Source of the DNA: an uncultured Actinomycetes bacterium
GTDB lineage: Bacteria > Actinomycetota > Thermoleophilia > RBG-16-64-13
NCBI GenBank assembly: GCA_963841735.1
Contig: CAWJDT010000004.1
Location: forward strand, 256,001-320,000
Direction: 5' to 3'
DNA length: 64,000 nt
Every line of letters begins with the position of its first letter. The stretch's first letter is position 1. Positions 13,942 to 24,333 of this stretch are shown piece by piece. The position numbers were made by a program, and so were the translations under genes. The notes beneath the pieces were generated by a model. That model saw nothing but the letters and a program-made list of their open reading frames with translations. It did no database searches and had not been told where the DNA came from.

Positions 13942-15149
13942 AGCAATCCCTCACGCTTGCGCGCCCACACCTCGAGCGGCAGTCCCCACAGATGGATGAA
14001 CCCTACCGCCGACGAATGGCTGAACGTGTCGCCCGATCCATACGTGGCAAGATCACTCACATATAGAGAGTTCGGCGAACGCCTGCCGACCACGCGGCAC
14101 GAACCCTTGAAGTACTGCAGCCGCACCTCTCCGGTGACGTACTTCTGGCTCTCCTCGATGAAGGCGCGCAGCGAACCCGCCAGCGGGCTGAACCACAAGC
14201 CATCGTAGATCAGCTCGGTGAGCCGCTGATCGATCATGGTCTTGAAGTGCTGCAGCTCCCTAGTGAGAGTGAGATCCTCTATCTCCCGGTGGGCCATAAT
14301 CAAGGACAGCGACCCGGGAACCTCGTAGACTTCCCGGCTCTTGATGCCCACCAAGCGATTCTCCACCATGTCGACTCGGCCGAAGCCGTGAGACCCAGCG
14401 AGTGCGTCCAGTCTCTCCACAAGCTCCACAGGCCCCAGAGTTTGGCCGTCAAGTGATACCGGGACGCCCTTCTCGATGCCCACCACCACTTCCACGGGCT
14501 GGTCCGGGGCATCTGCGGGATCCACCGTGAACGCATACGCACCCGAGGGGGCGGCTGCCCAGGGATCTTCCAGCTCTCCGCATTCGATGGCCCGACCCCA
14601 AAGGTTTTCGTCGATGGAATATGGGTTCTTCTTGGTGAGAGGCAAGTCGATGCCACGCGCTTCGAGATAGTCCAGGAGCTCCGGGCGGGTCATGTTCCAC
14701 TCCCTTGCCGGACCCAGCACGGTGATGGTGGGGTCGAGGCAACGAACCCCCACGTCGATGCGTACCTGGTCATTGCCTTTGGCGGTGCAGCCGTGAGCCA
14801 CTACTTTCGCCCCATACTCCTTGGCCACTTCGACCATCTTCTTAGCGATGAGCGGCCGCGAAAGCGCCGAGTGCAGCGGATACTTGCCCTCGTACAACGC
14901 ATTCGCCTTCATAGCCTCGAACGCGAAGTCCTCAAGGAACTCCTCTTTGGCGTCAAGCACGATGGACGCAACCGCACCGGCCGTGAGCGCCCGCTGCCGC
15001 AGTGTCTCCACGTCCTTCATCCGGCCCACGTCTATCAGTACAGCGATGATGTCGTAGCCGTACTTCTCCTTCATATAGGGCACCAAGGCCGACGTATCCA
15101 GTCCGCCGGAATAGGCCAGTACGCACTTCTCATTGCCCATGTGGGTCAT
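13938..15149 (-). CDS. argG: Argininosuccinate synthase
   Basis: LAYSGGLDTS, HGCTAKGNDQVR and ENRLVGIKSRE; the start may be 15140. Confidence 0.97.
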   Translation of the reverse strand: MTHMGNEKCVLAYSGGLDTSALVPYMKEKYGYDIIAVLIDVGRMKDVETLRQRALTAGAVASIVLDAKEEFLEDFAFEAMKANALYEGKYPLHSALSRPLIAKKMVEVAKEYGAKVVAHGCTAKGNDQVRIDVGVRCLDPTITVLGPAREWNMTRPELLDYLEARGIDLPLTKKNPYSIDENLWGRAIECGELEDPWAAAPSGAYAFTVDPADAPDQPVEVVVGIEKGVPVSLDGQTLGPVELVERLDALAGSHGFGRVDMVENRLVGIKSREVYEVPGSLSLIMAHREIEDLTLTRELQHFKTMIDQRLTELIYDGLWFSPLAGSLRAFIEESQKYVTGEVRLQYFKGSCRVVGRRSPNSLYVSDLATYGSGDTFSHSSAVGFIHLWGLPLEVWARKREGLL

Positions 15150-15604
15150 CCTCCTAGTTGTCTTAGATAGGAGCCGACGGCTTCAGCCGACCGCATCTCC
15201 TTGGTTACCAATAGCACCGTGTCGTCTCCCGCAACGCAGCCGATGATCATCTCGTGATCGAGTTCATCGATGACGCGGCCAAGCCCCGGCGCCGCCCCGG
15301 GATCGCAACGGAGCACCAATAGGTTCTGAGCCACCTCTATCCCCCGGCCGAAATCCCTCAGCATCCGCCCGCACGCAGCCTGCGGATCCGGGCGCTCCTC
15401 CGCCGTAGCGATGTAGGCGTAGCGGACGCGCCCAGCCCGGTCCCGCTCCTTCTGCAGGCCCATCTCCATGAGGTCGCGGCTGACAGTCGCTTGCGTGACC
15501 GCACAACCGGCCGCTATCAACGCTTCTACAAGTTCCTGCTGGTTCGCGATGGAACGCTCCCGCAACAACCGGCGCAGGAGCTGTTGCCGCTGCCTCTTGT
15601 TCAC
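15146..15604 (-). CDS. argR: Arginine repressor
   Basis: TQATVSRD helix-turn-helix and GCVAGDDTVL; GTG start overlaps the argF stop (GTGA). Confidence 0.93.
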   Translation of the reverse strand: MNKRQRQQLLRRLLRERSIANQQELVEALIAAGCAVTQATVSRDLMEMGLQKERDRAGRVRYAYIATAEERPDPQAACGRMLRDFGRGIEVAQNLLVLRCDPGAAPGLGRVIDELDHEMIIGCVAGDDTVLLVTKEMRSAEAVGSYLRQLGG

Positions 15605-16521
15605 CGAAGGTCTGCTCCCATAAGAAAGGCCATCAGGGCCTTCTGCGCGTGCAGTCTGTTCTCCGCCTGGTCGAAAACCACTGACCACGGCCCGTCCATG
15701 GCCTCGTCGGTGATCTCCTCCCCTCGGTGAGCGGGCAGGCAGTGCATGACGATGGCCTCCGGTCGGGCCCTGAACAGTAGCTGCATAGTCAGCTGATAGG
15801 AACGCATCGCCTGCATCTTATACGAGTCGGACTGCTGACCCATGCTGATCCAGACGTCGGTATACAGCGCCGAGGCATCCGCCACAGCAGCCTCGGGGTC
15901 GCGCTCCACCCAGACCTTCGCACCGTTCTCCTCCGCCACCGCAGCAGCCCGCTCCAACCTCTCCTGGGGAATATCAAACCCTTCTGGCACGCTGAGACAC
16001 ACATCTATCCCAGAGAGCGCACCGGCGTCGGCCAGTGACGCCGCCACATTGTTGCCGTCGCCCAGATAGGTGATCTTGCGTCCGGCAGAATCCGGGAATC
16101 TCTCTCTAAAAGTGAAGATGTCGGTGAGGGCCTGGCAGGGATGCTCGTCGTCGGTCAGGGCGTTGATCACCGGCACAGTGGCAGCGGCCGCCAATTCCTC
16201 CACATCCTTTTGGGCGAACGTGCGAATGACGATGCCATCTACGTAGCGAGACAGCACCCGGGCCGTGTCTTCGAGACTCTCCGACTTACGCATCTGCAGA
16301 TCCTGCTCGGGCATGTAGAGAGGCATGCCTCCCATCTGGTGCACCCCGACGCTAAACGAAACGCGCGTGCGCGTAGACGGCTTGGCGAAGATGAGGGCCA
16401 CGGTCTTGCCGCCGAGCACCGGGGCGAGAGGGGTCCGCTTCCATGCGGCTGCCTGCGTCAGCAGCTCTTCCCACTCTGCCTTGCTCAGATCGGGGACCGT
16501 AAGAAAATGCCTGACGTCCAT
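15601..16521 (-). CDS. argF: Ornithine carbamoyltransferase
   Basis: STRTR, HPCQ, SMG and HCLP motifs; ATG 16521 after SD GGAGGAGG. Confidence 0.96.
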   Translation of the reverse strand: MDVRHFLTVPDLSKAEWEELLTQAAAWKRTPLAPVLGGKTVALIFAKPSTRTRVSFSVGVHQMGGMPLYMPEQDLQMRKSESLEDTARVLSRYVDGIVIRTFAQKDVEELAAAATVPVINALTDDEHPCQALTDIFTFRERFPDSAGRKITYLGDGNNVAASLADAGALSGIDVCLSVPEGFDIPQERLERAAAVAEENGAKVWVERDPEAAVADASALYTDVWISMGQQSDSYKMQAMRSYQLTMQLLFRARPEAIVMHCLPAHRGEEITDEAMDGPWSVVFDQAENRLHAQKALMAFLMGADLR

Positions 16522-16537
16522 CTTCCTCCTCCTAGGT

Positions 16538-17431
16538 CTAAGAACCCAAGGTGCCTGGGACGATCTTCGTACCCAGCCCGGCATCGTCGGTCAAGATCTC
16601 CAGCAGCACCGAGTGTGCGATGCGTCCATCGATGATGTGAGCCGCCCGCACCCCCGCCCGCAGGCTGGTAAGCACAGCCTCCAGTTTAGGGATCATGCCT
16701 TCCGATACCTTGCCGCCGTCTATGAATGCGGCCACATCGTCACCGCTACACTCCGACAACGTACTATCTTCGTCGTCAACATCCACAAGCAGGCCACCCA
16801 CGTCGGTGAGAAACACCACCTTTTCAGCCTTCAGCGCCGCGGCCAACGCTCCAGCCACGGTGTCCGCGTTGATGTTGTAGCTCTCGCCACCCGGTCCCAC
16901 TCCCACCGAGGCGACCACCGGCACGTAGTCAGCCTCCAACAGCGTAAGGAGCCCGACATTGACCTCCCTGACCTCGCCCACGAGACCCAGGTTGAGGATA
17001 TTGCCATCGCGGTCACGCTTGACTAGGGATTGCGCCTTCAGGAGCCCCCCGTCGTCGCCGCAGAGCCCTACCGCCGGAGCCCCCTTGCTGTTGATAAGGC
17101 CCACGATCTCCTTGTTCACCTTGCCCACCAACACCATCTTGGCCACTTCCATGGTGGCAGCGTCGGTGACCCGAAGTCCGTCCACGAACTTCACGGGCAT
17201 ATCGAGACGCTCCATATAGGAACTGATCTCCTTGCCACCCCCGTGGACAATGATCGGTTTGATGCCTACGTAGCGCAACATGGCGATATCGGTGGCAAAC
17301 TCGTCCTTAAGATCGGCGGAGCTCATCGCCGCCCCCCCATACTTGATCACCATCGTGCTCCCGCTGAACATGCGGATATAGGGGAGCGACTCGAGCAACG
17401 TCTGCACCCGCTTGTGATAGACCTCGCGCAT
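16538..17431 (-). CDS. argB: Acetylglutamate kinase
   Basis: IKYGGAAM, VHGGG, NINADT and GMIPK. Confidence 0.96.
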   Translation of the reverse strand: MREVYHKRVQTLLESLPYIRMFSGSTMVIKYGGAAMSSADLKDEFATDIAMLRYVGIKPIIVHGGGKEISSYMERLDMPVKFVDGLRVTDAATMEVAKMVLVGKVNKEIVGLINSKGAPAVGLCGDDGGLLKAQSLVKRDRDGNILNLGLVGEVREVNVGLLTLLEADYVPVVASVGVGPGGESYNINADTVAGALAAALKAEKVVFLTDVGGLLVDVDDEDSTLSECSGDDVAAFIDGGKVSEGMIPKLEAVLTSLRAGVRAAHIIDGRIAHSVLLEILTDDAGLGTKIVPGTLGS

Positions 17432-17447
17432 GACCTTCTTCCCCATC

Positions 17448-18776
17448 CTAGGTGTGATACTCAGCGTTGATTCTGATGTACTCATGCCCCATATCGGCGA
17501 AGAACAGCTCCGCGCCCGCTTTGTCCAGGCCCAGGTCCAGGTCGATGTCGACTTCTGGCGATTTCATGGCGGCCGCCATGCGCTCTCTGTCGGCCTTATC
17601 GACCGGACAGCCGGCGCCGCCACTGACGACCGAGACCCCGCACAGGCGCAGCATCGCTCCCGGTAGAGACTGTCCGGCCATCGCAGCCCCCGCCGAGCTG
17701 ATGATGCGGCCCCAGTTCGCATCGGAGCCGTGCATGGCCGTCTTCACAAGCGGCGAACCTGCGACGGCCCGAGCGACGCGCATGGCGGCCTCCTCGCTCC
17801 CGGCGCCCTCCACCGTCACACGCATGATCTTGGTTGCACCCTCACCATCGGCCACCATCATCAAGGCCAGTCGCAACAGTAGGGCGGTGAGTGCCTCGCC
17901 GATCTCGCCGAGGGCGACCGGGCCGGGGCGCACCCCCGAGGCCCCACTCGCAAGGAAGAACAAGGAGTCGTTGGTACTCATCTCCCCATCTACGGTGATC
18001 CGATTGAATGACTTGGCGACCGAGTCGCAGAGCAGCGACCGTATCTCGCCAGCTGTGAGCTGGGCGTCAGTGGTGACCACGCAGAGCATGGTGGCCATCG
18101 CCGGGGCTATCATCCCTGCTCCCTTGACGCACCCTCCCAGTCGCACCGTCCCGTCGGCCGTTTCCACCGAGACCGCGCAGGCCTTGGGGAAGCGATCGGT
18201 GGTCATGATGCTGCGGTTGAATTCAGCCCCGCCATCGGGCTTGACCGCCAGGGCGGCCGTCTTGACACCCGCGGCCACAAGAACCGCGTCCAATTGCACC
18301 CCGATGATGCCCGTAGAACCAACCGCCACCTGAGCGGGGGGAACTCCCAGAGCGTCCGCGCAGCTCTTCTGCATGGACCGGGCGACCGCCATTCCGGCGT
18401 CTCCCGTACAAGCATTTGCATTGCCGCTGTTCATCCCCACGGCCACAAGATGCTGCAGATCGCACTCAGTGCGGTTCACCAGCACCGGTGGCGCCGCAAA
18501 CGCGTTGGTGGTGAACACCGCAGCCGAGCTCGTCTGGCTGCGCCATTCAGGTGCCACAGCAAGCACACCCACATCCGGGCGGCCGCTTTCCTTCAAGCCC
18601 GCAACCACGCCCGCGGCGAGAAAGCCCGCCGGGTAGGTGACCCCGGCAGACATCCCCCCGGGTTCTACCAGCGTCACGCCTCGCGGAAACCGCAGATACC
18701 GGGATTGATGTGGGGCGACCACGACCGGGTGCTCCGGCCCTCCGCCTGAGGCGCCCACTGTTGTGCCGTAGCTCAT
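17448..18776 (-). CDS. argJ: Bifunctional glutamate N-acetyltransferase / ornithine acetyltransferase
   Basis: NSGNANAC, STGIIG, KGAGMIAPAMATML and DGEGATK; ATGA overlap with the argC stop. Confidence 0.96.
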   Translation of the reverse strand: MSYGTTVGASGGGPEHPVVVAPHQSRYLRFPRGVTLVEPGGMSAGVTYPAGFLAAGVVAGLKESGRPDVGVLAVAPEWRSQTSSAAVFTTNAFAAPPVLVNRTECDLQHLVAVGMNSGNANACTGDAGMAVARSMQKSCADALGVPPAQVAVGSTGIIGVQLDAVLVAAGVKTAALAVKPDGGAEFNRSIMTTDRFPKACAVSVETADGTVRLGGCVKGAGMIAPAMATMLCVVTTDAQLTAGEIRSLLCDSVAKSFNRITVDGEMSTNDSLFFLASGASGVRPGPVALGEIGEALTALLLRLALMMVADGEGATKIMRVTVEGAGSEEAAMRVARAVAGSPLVKTAMHGSDANWGRIISSAGAAMAGQSLPGAMLRLCGVSVVSGGAGCPVDKADRERMAAAMKSPEVDIDLDLGLDKAGAELFFADMGHEYIRINAEYHT

Positions 18777-19783
18777 ACTTTCCTCCGCAGACCGGCGTCC
18801 TCGGCCAGCCCGAACATGCAGTTCATGTTCTGAACCGCTTGGCCGGACGCACCTTTGACAAGGTTGTCGATGACCGAGAACACTTTCACCACACCCGCTG
18901 CAGCGTCCTCTCTCACGGTGATGCGACAGAAGTTCGTGCCCACCACCTCCGAGAGGTCGGGCATGTGGTCGCACACTTCCACAAACGTGGCTTCCGCATA
19001 GTAGGCGCGGTATTCATCGAGCCAAGCCGCATTACCCCGCAGCCCACCCGCCGGCCGAAAGTAGGCCGTGCTCAGGATGCCGCGGTCGACCGGCAGCAAG
19101 TGTGGCGTGAACGAAACCGCTACCGTGTTGTCAGCGGCAATGCTCAACTCCTGCGCCATCTCCGGTGTGTGGCGGTGTCCCACTTCACTGTAGGCGCGGA
19201 AGTTGCCGCTCACCGCGCAAAAGTGGGTCTTCGCGGTAGGGGTGCGCCCTGCGCCTGACACTCCCGACTTCGAATCAACAATCACCGTGCCCTCGACGTC
19301 GCGAGCCACCGGCAGCAGGCTGAGCAACATCGCCGTGGGGTAGCAGCCCGGATTGGCTATCAACCGAGCCGCCGCGATCTTCTCCCGGTAGACCTCCGGC
19401 AGCCCGAAGACCGCTTCGGCCAACAGGTCCGCCCGAGGATGTTCGAATCCATACCAAGCCGGATAGGCCTTCGGATCCTTTAGACGAAAGTCGGCGCTAA
19501 GATCGACCACCCGGCAGCCCTCGTCGAGGAGTCGGGCGACTACACCGTGGGCCTCCGCGTGGGGATAACAGACGAACACAACGTCAGATCCGGCTAATGC
19601 CCCCGGCGCAAACTCAACGTAACGTTGCTCCACCCGCTGCGCTGGGAACACCTCAGCGACCCTTCGCCCCACAAACGACTTGCTGGTGAGTGCATGCAGG
19701 GTCACATGGGGATGTTCCGCCAGAATGTCGGTGAGAACGGCGCCAGTGTAGCCTGTCGCTCCGACGATGCTTGCCGTGATCAC
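18773..19783 (-). CDS. argC: N-acetyl-gamma-glutamyl-phosphate reductase
   Basis: GATGYTG, ANPGCYPT, SGVSGAG and DNLVKGASGQA; GTG start at 19783. Confidence 0.96.
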   Translation of the reverse strand: MITASIVGATGYTGAVLTDILAEHPHVTLHALTSKSFVGRRVAEVFPAQRVEQRYVEFAPGALAGSDVVFVCYPHAEAHGVVARLLDEGCRVVDLSADFRLKDPKAYPAWYGFEHPRADLLAEAVFGLPEVYREKIAAARLIANPGCYPTAMLLSLLPVARDVEGTVIVDSKSGVSGAGRTPTAKTHFCAVSGNFRAYSEVGHRHTPEMAQELSIAADNTVAVSFTPHLLPVDRGILSTAYFRPAGGLRGNAAWLDEYRAYYAEATFVEVCDHMPDLSEVVGTNFCRITVREDAAAGVVKVFSVIDNLVKGASGQAVQNMNCMFGLAEDAGLRRKV

Positions 19784-19854
19784 GCTCGCGCCTTTCGTCC
19801 GTTGACTAGGCAGTCTCCGGGATCGTACCAGCACAGGTGCGCCCGCCGACTGCC

Positions 19855-19890
19855 ACATCATTATACATACGGATGCAAACTCATGCAAGC
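19855..19890 (-). promoter_or_regulatory. arg operon promoter overlapped by ARG box(es)
   Basis: TTGCAT-17 bp-TATAAT; TTGCATGAGTTTGCAT matches the TGCAT-N5/6-TGCA ArgR operator pattern, with a degenerate second box over the -10. Confidence 0.8.
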
Positions 19891-19929
19891 GAACTCAAAC
19901 ACGCGAGTCCCCCCTGAGCGGCTATCTAC

Positions 19930-22359
19930 CTAGGCGCGCAGTTCGGCTCCCAAGTCGGCAGAAACCTTGCCGACCATGCGTTCGCGCAGTCGGTTGATCT
20001 CGGCTTCGCTAAGTGTACGATCGGGCGCTCGAAAACTCAGGCGTAGAGCCAAGCTCTTCTTCCCGGCCTCCACCTGGGCACCTTCATACAAGTCGAACAC
20101 GGTGACCGTCTCAAGCAAGTCGCCCCCCGCCCGGCGAACGCTGTCAACAACCGCCGCCGCGGGCACGTCGGTCGACACCACCAGCGCAAGATCTTGCTCA
20201 ACTATCGGATATGCAAGAAGATCGCGAAAGGTCACCACGTCCTGCGCCGCGCCCAGCAGACAGGCTATGTCCAGCTCGGCAGCCACCAAGGGACCACGCA
20301 GGTCGTACGCCTGGGACACCAAGGGATGCACTTCGCCGAGCCAACCCACTTCTCGCTGCTCAGCATCGCGCACCACAGCGCTCTTGCCCGGATGCAGGAA
20401 GGGCTCAGCTGCCCGGCTGTACGCGAGCGAGACGTGCAGGGCGGCCGACAACCTCTCAACCATACCCTTGACTAAGAAGTAGTCCACGCTAGTGTCCGAG
20501 CGATTCCAGGAATCTCCCCCCCATTCGCCAGCCACCAGGATGCCCACATGTGCCTCCTCGCGAGGCAACCCGCCACCAGGCTGGGTGGTGGGCAAGAATA
20601 CCCGGCCCAATTCGAACACCGGTACCCTCTCCTCACGCACCGAGACGTTCCGCCGGGCGATATCGAGTAGACCCGGCAACAGCATGGTCTGCATGACCGA
20701 CTGCTCTCCACTCAGCGGGTTGGCCAGGACGATCCCCTGGCGCCGAGGATCTTCCGGGGCAAGACGCAGACGGTCGGGCCACTTGTCGTCGCCGAAGCTA
20801 TAGCTGATAACTTGCGACAGTCCGCCACCCACCAATAGGTCCTCGATCTCGCGTGCACGCTTCTGTTCTACGCTCAGACCGCCGCGGCCCACACGACGCC
20901 CGGGGACTGTGGAGGGGATCCGGTCGAGGCCGTGAACACGGGCGACCTCCTCGATGAGGTCTATCTCGCGCTCGAGATCGGCCCGGTAGCTGGGCACGGC
21001 CACCTGAAGATCGGCGCCCTCCACAGCCACCTCGCACCCGAGGTTGGATAGGATGGCAGCCGCTTCCGCACCTTCCACGACTTTTCCGAGGATCTGCCGG
21101 ACACGCTCGGCCCGCAGGCGCAGGGTAGTCGGAGCACGAGGCGGAACGCGTACGTCCACTGTGCCCACCGACACCGTGCCCCCGCACAGCTCGGCAAACA
21201 TCTTGCACGCCATGTCCAAGGCCGGGGTGATGGCCTCGGGATCGAGCCCCTTCTCGTAGCGAGTCGAGGCCTCGGAGCGCAGCGCCAAAGCCGAGGATGT
21301 CCGCATGACCGACGGGCCGGAGAAGTTGGCCCCTTCCAGGAGGATATCTGCCGTAGAGGACGTGATCTCGCTATCGAGACCGCCCATGATCCCGGCCACG
21401 ACCGACGCCCGTTCGGCGTCGGCTATCACCAGCATCTGGTCGTCCAGCACCCGCTGTTCGTCATCCAGGGTCACGAGGGTTTCCCCTGGGTATGCCCGGC
21501 GAACGACGATGCGGCCTCCCCGTATGGTATGCAGGTCAAATGCATGCAGTGGTTGTCCGAGTGCCCACTGCACGTAGTTTGTGACATCAACCACGTTACT
21601 TATGGGGCGCATCCCAACATGGCAGAGACGGGCCTTGAGCCAGAGCGGAGACTCCCCTATCTTGACGCCGCGTATGACGCGACCCGCGTAGCGCGGACAG
21701 AGATCGGAGTCAAAGACGTCAATAGTGATGTCTTCTTCCACCCGACGCCCACCAACAGTGTGAGCGTAAGTGGTCTGCTCGGCAAAAGCCGCCCCGGTGA
21801 TGGCGGCTATCTCCCTGGCGAGACCTCTGATCGAAAGGCAATCAGGTCGGTTGGGTGTGACCTCCACTTCCAGCACATGATCGCTGATGGCAAAGTGCTC
21901 TGATAGCTGCTCTCCCGCCTGCCATTCCGCAGGGAGCACCATGATGCCGGCACTCTTGGCGGCAAGCCCAAGTTCGGCCTCCGACATGATCATTCCAGAC
22001 GACACGACGCCCCGCAGCTTGGCTTCCTTGATGGCCATACCGTTGGGGAACACTCCCCCCGGGAGTACCACTGCCACCGTCTGACCCGCCGCCACATTAG
22101 CCGCCCCGCATACGATTGTGCGCGGCTGCCCCTCCCCCACGTCTACCAAGCACACCGACAGCTTGTCGGCGTCGGGATGGCGGCCGCATTCGAGCAACTT
22201 GCCCACCACGAAACGGCTGAGGTTGTCACCTTCGTCCGAGATGCCCACCGCCACAACCCGCTCAACTTCGGTGCCGGTAAGCGCCAGCCGCGAGGCCAGT
22301 TCATCCACGGACGTCTCGATGGGCACATACTCACGTAGCCATGACAAGGGCGCTTTCAT
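19930..22359 (-). CDS. pheT: Phenylalanine--tRNA ligase beta subunit
   Basis: MKAPLSWLREY, HPDADKL, IVCGA, TPNRPD and a C-terminal FDX-ACB domain. Confidence 0.97.
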   Translation of the reverse strand: MKAPLSWLREYVPIETSVDELASRLALTGTEVERVVAVGISDEGDNLSRFVVGKLLECGRHPDADKLSVCLVDVGEGQPRTIVCGAANVAAGQTVAVVLPGGVFPNGMAIKEAKLRGVVSSGMIMSEAELGLAAKSAGIMVLPAEWQAGEQLSEHFAISDHVLEVEVTPNRPDCLSIRGLAREIAAITGAAFAEQTTYAHTVGGRRVEEDITIDVFDSDLCPRYAGRVIRGVKIGESPLWLKARLCHVGMRPISNVVDVTNYVQWALGQPLHAFDLHTIRGGRIVVRRAYPGETLVTLDDEQRVLDDQMLVIADAERASVVAGIMGGLDSEITSSTADILLEGANFSGPSVMRTSSALALRSEASTRYEKGLDPEAITPALDMACKMFAELCGGTVSVGTVDVRVPPRAPTTLRLRAERVRQILGKVVEGAEAAAILSNLGCEVAVEGADLQVAVPSYRADLEREIDLIEEVARVHGLDRIPSTVPGRRVGRGGLSVEQKRAREIEDLLVGGGLSQVISYSFGDDKWPDRLRLAPEDPRRQGIVLANPLSGEQSVMQTMLLPGLLDIARRNVSVREERVPVFELGRVFLPTTQPGGGLPREEAHVGILVAGEWGGDSWNRSDTSVDYFLVKGMVERLSAALHVSLAYSRAAEPFLHPGKSAVVRDAEQREVGWLGEVHPLVSQAYDLRGPLVAAELDIACLLGAAQDVVTFRDLLAYPIVEQDLALVVSTDVPAAAVVDSVRRAGGDLLETVTVFDLYEGAQVEAGKKSLALRLSFRAPDRTLSEAEINRLRERMVGKVSADLGAELRA

Positions 22360-22369
22360 GCAGACTCCC

Positions 22370-23419
22370 TCAAAACTGGCGCGTGAAGCGCAGGTCGTTT
22401 TCAAAAAACAGGCGCAGATCGGTCACACCATGCTTGAGCAGGGCGATTCGCTCCACGCCCATGCCGAAGGCAAATCCGGTGTACACCTCGGGGTCGTATC
22501 CCACAAATCCAAACACGTTGGGATCGACCATGCCGGCTCCCAGTATCTCCACCCAGCCGCTTCTCTTGCAGAGCCGGCAACCGCCCCCGTCGCAGGCCAT
22601 ACAGGACACATCCACCTCCACCGACGGCTCGGTGAAGGGGAAGAAGTGCGGACGAAGACGTACTTTCCTGTCGGCGCCGAACATAGCCCTGGCGAAATTC
22701 TCGAGCGTGCCCTTTAGGTCGGCCAGCGCTATGCCCTCATCGACCACCAGTCCCTCGACCTGGTGGAACATGGGAGTGTGAGTCGCATCGCTGTCGCGCC
22801 GGTAGGTCTTGCCGGGAGCGATGATGTATACAGGGGGCCGCTGCTTCTCCATGGTACGCACCTGCACCGGTGAGGTATGGGTGCGCAGCAGGATGCCCTC
22901 ACCGACAAAGAAGGTGTCGTGCAGGGAACGGGCCGGATGATCCGCGGGCGTGTTGAGGGCCTCGAAGTTGTAGTACTCGGTCTCGATCTCGGGCCCCGTG
23001 ACGATCTCATAGCCCATGCCCACGAAGATATCCTCTATCTCACGCTGGGTCTGAGTCACCAAGTGTAGATGCCCCAGGGCCGACCACCGGCCGGGCAGGG
23101 TGATGTCCACCTGGTCCTTTCCGAGGCCGACGACCAGGTCTTGGGTCTCCAGCTCGAGTCGTCGGGCTTCCACAGCCTCCTCGAGGGTTGTGCGGATAAG
23201 GTTGCCCATCTTGCCTACTTCGCGGCGCTCCTGCGCGGGCAACTCCGCGATGGACCGCAGCAGCAGAACAAGGTCGGCCTTGCGGCCCAAGAAACGCACC
23301 CGCACGGCTTCGAGCGCTGCCAGGTCGGCAGTCGTAGCTACCGCTTCCAGACCGCCCGTGTAGATATTCCTCAGGTCGGCTCTGGACAACTCTGCGAGAA
23401 TCCGGTCGTTCTCTGGAAT
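22370..23419 (-). CDS. pheS: Phenylalanine--tRNA ligase alpha subunit
   Basis: HPARSLHDTF, LRTHTSPVQ, FPFTEPS and GFAFGMGVER. Start probably ATT 23419 (strong SD); alternative TTG 23389. Confidence 0.95.
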   Translation of the reverse strand: MPENDRILAELSRADLRNIYTGGLEAVATTADLAALEAVRVRFLGRKADLVLLLRSIAELPAQERREVGKMGNLIRTTLEEAVEARRLELETQDLVVGLGKDQVDITLPGRWSALGHLHLVTQTQREIEDIFVGMGYEIVTGPEIETEYYNFEALNTPADHPARSLHDTFFVGEGILLRTHTSPVQVRTMEKQRPPVYIIAPGKTYRRDSDATHTPMFHQVEGLVVDEGIALADLKGTLENFARAMFGADRKVRLRPHFFPFTEPSVEVDVSCMACDGGGCRLCKRSGWVEILGAGMVDPNVFGFVGYDPEVYTGFAFGMGVERIALLKHGVTDLRLFFENDLRFTRQF

Positions 23420-23444
23420 GGTCCCTCCCTCCGAAAACTCGATC

Positions 23445-24296
23445 CTATCGGACGCTTTGGCTATTTGCCACTGATGCGTCCCGGCTATTGCGCCACATCT
23501 CATAGGCCAGAACCGTGCCGGCCATAGCGACGTTTAAAGAGTCAAACTGTGCCTGAGGGATGCACACCCGCGCTCTGCCGGCCCAGGCGGACCCAGGACC
23601 GCTGCGCTCTTCCCCCAATACCACCACGGCCCCCGCTATAGCCGCCACCTCGCGCACGTCCTGCCCGGCATGCGGATCGGCCACCCAAATCTCTGGGGGC
23701 GTCTCACCCCGCTGCCCCAAAGCAGCTAGCCTCGCCACGAGATCACCTGGAGCCACTTCGACCACCACCGGCAGCTCGAACTGCGCTCCCATACCTGCTC
23801 GCATAGCTTTCGGCCCATACGGATCGGCGGTGCCCGGCGAGCACATGATGCCCGCAAGCCCGAAGGCCACCGCGCTCCGCACCAGAGTACCCACATTGCC
23901 CGGGTCGCCGACCCCGTCCAGATACAACGTTACCCGGCCGCCGAGCCCCACACCGGCCAGATTCCACTCCGGTTGCGCACACGTGAAGATCACATCGGCA
24001 GCACCGCCCAGCGAGCCCGCGTACTCTAGGGTCTCCTGGTCACAAACGCCGATATCGACGACACCCAGTCCCTCACCCTCGGAAGCGGCTCGCTTCCGTA
24101 ACTCCGCTGGAAGACCGCCCAGTAGATCGGTACGTACCAGCACATCCCGTATGTCAGCCTGCGAGCTCACGGCCGCCCGAAGCAAGTCCATGCCTTCGCA
24201 AACGAGCAAACCCCGTTCACGCCGATGCTTCTTCTTCTGCAGCTTGCGCGCCAGTTTGACGCTGTGATTCTGCCGTCCGGCGATGTCGCGGATCAC
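23445..24296 (-). CDS. TrmH/TsnR-family (SPOUT) RNA methyltransferase
   Basis: DPGNVGTLVRS, VLGEE and SLNVAMAG; typical position between rplT and pheS. Confidence 0.9.
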   Translation of the reverse strand: MIRDIAGRQNHSVKLARKLQKKKHRRERGLLVCEGMDLLRAAVSSQADIRDVLVRTDLLGGLPAELRKRAASEGEGLGVVDIGVCDQETLEYAGSLGGAADVIFTCAQPEWNLAGVGLGGRVTLYLDGVGDPGNVGTLVRSAVAFGLAGIMCSPGTADPYGPKAMRAGMGAQFELPVVVEVAPGDLVARLAALGQRGETPPEIWVADPHAGQDVREVAAIAGAVVVLGEERSGPGSAWAGRARVCIPQAQFDSLNVAMAGTVLAYEMWRNSRDASVANSQSVR

Positions 24297-24333
24297 AGGT
24301 ACGAATCCCGGCGTGGCGGCTGTGGAAGCGAGA

